Origin: a virus
Lineage: Duplodnaviria > Caudoviricetes
Reading direction: 5' to 3' (one strand)
DNA: 25,037 bases
IMG/VR virus record: IMGVR_UViG_3300032218_000387
Span: 1 to 25,037 of that record
The notes beneath the pieces are model-generated. The model saw only the letters and a list, made by a program, of their open reading frames with translations, did not search any database and was not told the origin of the DNA. Positions 24,497 through 25,037 of the stretch are shown in pieces (the first letter of the stretch is position 1; the number at the start of each line of letters is the position of its first letter). Position numbers and translations under genes: made by a program.

Positions 24497-24763
24497 ATGT
24501 CTACAACGACAACAATTCTAGGTCTTGCTGATGAACTTCGTGTCATCGCGGACGAAATTTCATACAATGCGCTTGACACCGTAACAGGTGACACCAAGCG
24601 TGGCACTATCGTTAAGGCGATTGCAGGTAATGGTCGCTTTAAGGACAACTCACTATGGGTTGCTCTAGGTGACGACAAGTACAAGCACCTTACAGGTAGC
24701 AAGGGCTTGGTAACAAACGCTGAACGCCTTGAAGGCTACACGGAAGTTGTCTTCGCGCTATAG
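24497..24763 (+). CDS. hypothetical protein (88 aa)
   Basis: GAGAGGT RBS; continues the early operon. Confidence 0.75.
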   Translation: MSTTTTILGLADELRVIADEISYNALDTVTGDTKRGTIVKAIAGNGRFKDNSLWVALGDDKYKHLTGSKGLVTNAERLEGYTEVVFAL

Positions 24764-24768
24764 TCTCC

Positions 24769-24797
24769 ATGTCCTGAGCATGACATTAAACTGCTCA
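24769..24797 (+). ncRNA. compact H-type RNA pseudoknot (cis element)
   Basis: S1 ATGTC (24769-73) / GACAT (24782-86); S2 TGAGCA (24775-80) / TGCTCA (24792-97); loops C, T and TAAAC. Confidence 0.65.
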
Positions 24798-24831
24798 CTT
24801 ATTATTCAATCAATATTAGAGAGGACACACC

Positions 24832-25023
24832 ATGAGTAAAGTAATCGTACAAGGATTTGAATTTCACAGCGAGCAACCGCCTGTCGGGTTTGTTACAATG
24901 ACACACCTTGACGGGGATCATATTACATATGGTGTGTTCGCTAGTATTCAAGAAGCAACTACCTTTGGTAGCAAGTTGGTCAATGCTATCGTTGTTCCAG
25001 TCTACCGACCAACCTTACATTGA
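24832..25023 (+). CDS. hypothetical protein (63 aa)
   Basis: GAGAGGA RBS; followed by another RBS and an ATG at the window edge (25035). Confidence 0.7.
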   Translation: MSKVIVQGFEFHSEQPPVGFVTMTHLDGDHITYGVFASIQEATTFGSKLVNAIVVPVYRPTLH

Positions 25024-25037
25024 GAGGGGAAGAGATG

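Noticed and set aside
21550-24702. Minus-strand ORFs in the early region (21550-21768, 21668-21940, 23123-23314, 24084-24371, 24394-24702)
   Set aside because: They lie opposite RBS-supported plus-strand genes and run against the promoter array.

Overview
The window is part of a tailed dsDNA phage genome with podovirus-like organisation. The host is inferred to be an actinobacterium, from promoter style and gene content; the sequence does not prove it. Positions ~1-20262 on the minus strand form one tightly coupled packaging/morphogenesis operon. In order it encodes: terminase large subunit with an N-terminal HTH, portal, a proteasome-beta/HslV-like Thr protease, four to five putative internal (ejected) virion proteins including a 1711-aa protein with an embedded ParB/Srx-like domain, scaffold, major capsid, a cluster of tiny Lys-rich proteins, a GT-A glycosyltransferase, adaptor/tail proteins, and a truncated beta-propeller receptor-binding protein. 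A ~900-bp non-coding divergence zone (20270-21160) holds AT tracts, palindromes, five TCTCAG repeats at an exact 11-bp period and a perfect CRP-type box; it probably contains the genome end. The plus strand carries an early region with eight near-consensus TTGACA-N17-TAnnnT promoters, small ORFs, and an amidoligase plus class II glutamine amidotransferase pair. The most unusual signal is two 46-nt minimal tRNA-like elements (acceptor-like stem plus perfect T-arm, no anticodon arm, with a compensatory base-pair change). Each sits between the stop codon of a small early gene and the next promoter. A compact H-type pseudoknot lies between two later early genes. All calls come from reading the sequence by eye; no searches were run.
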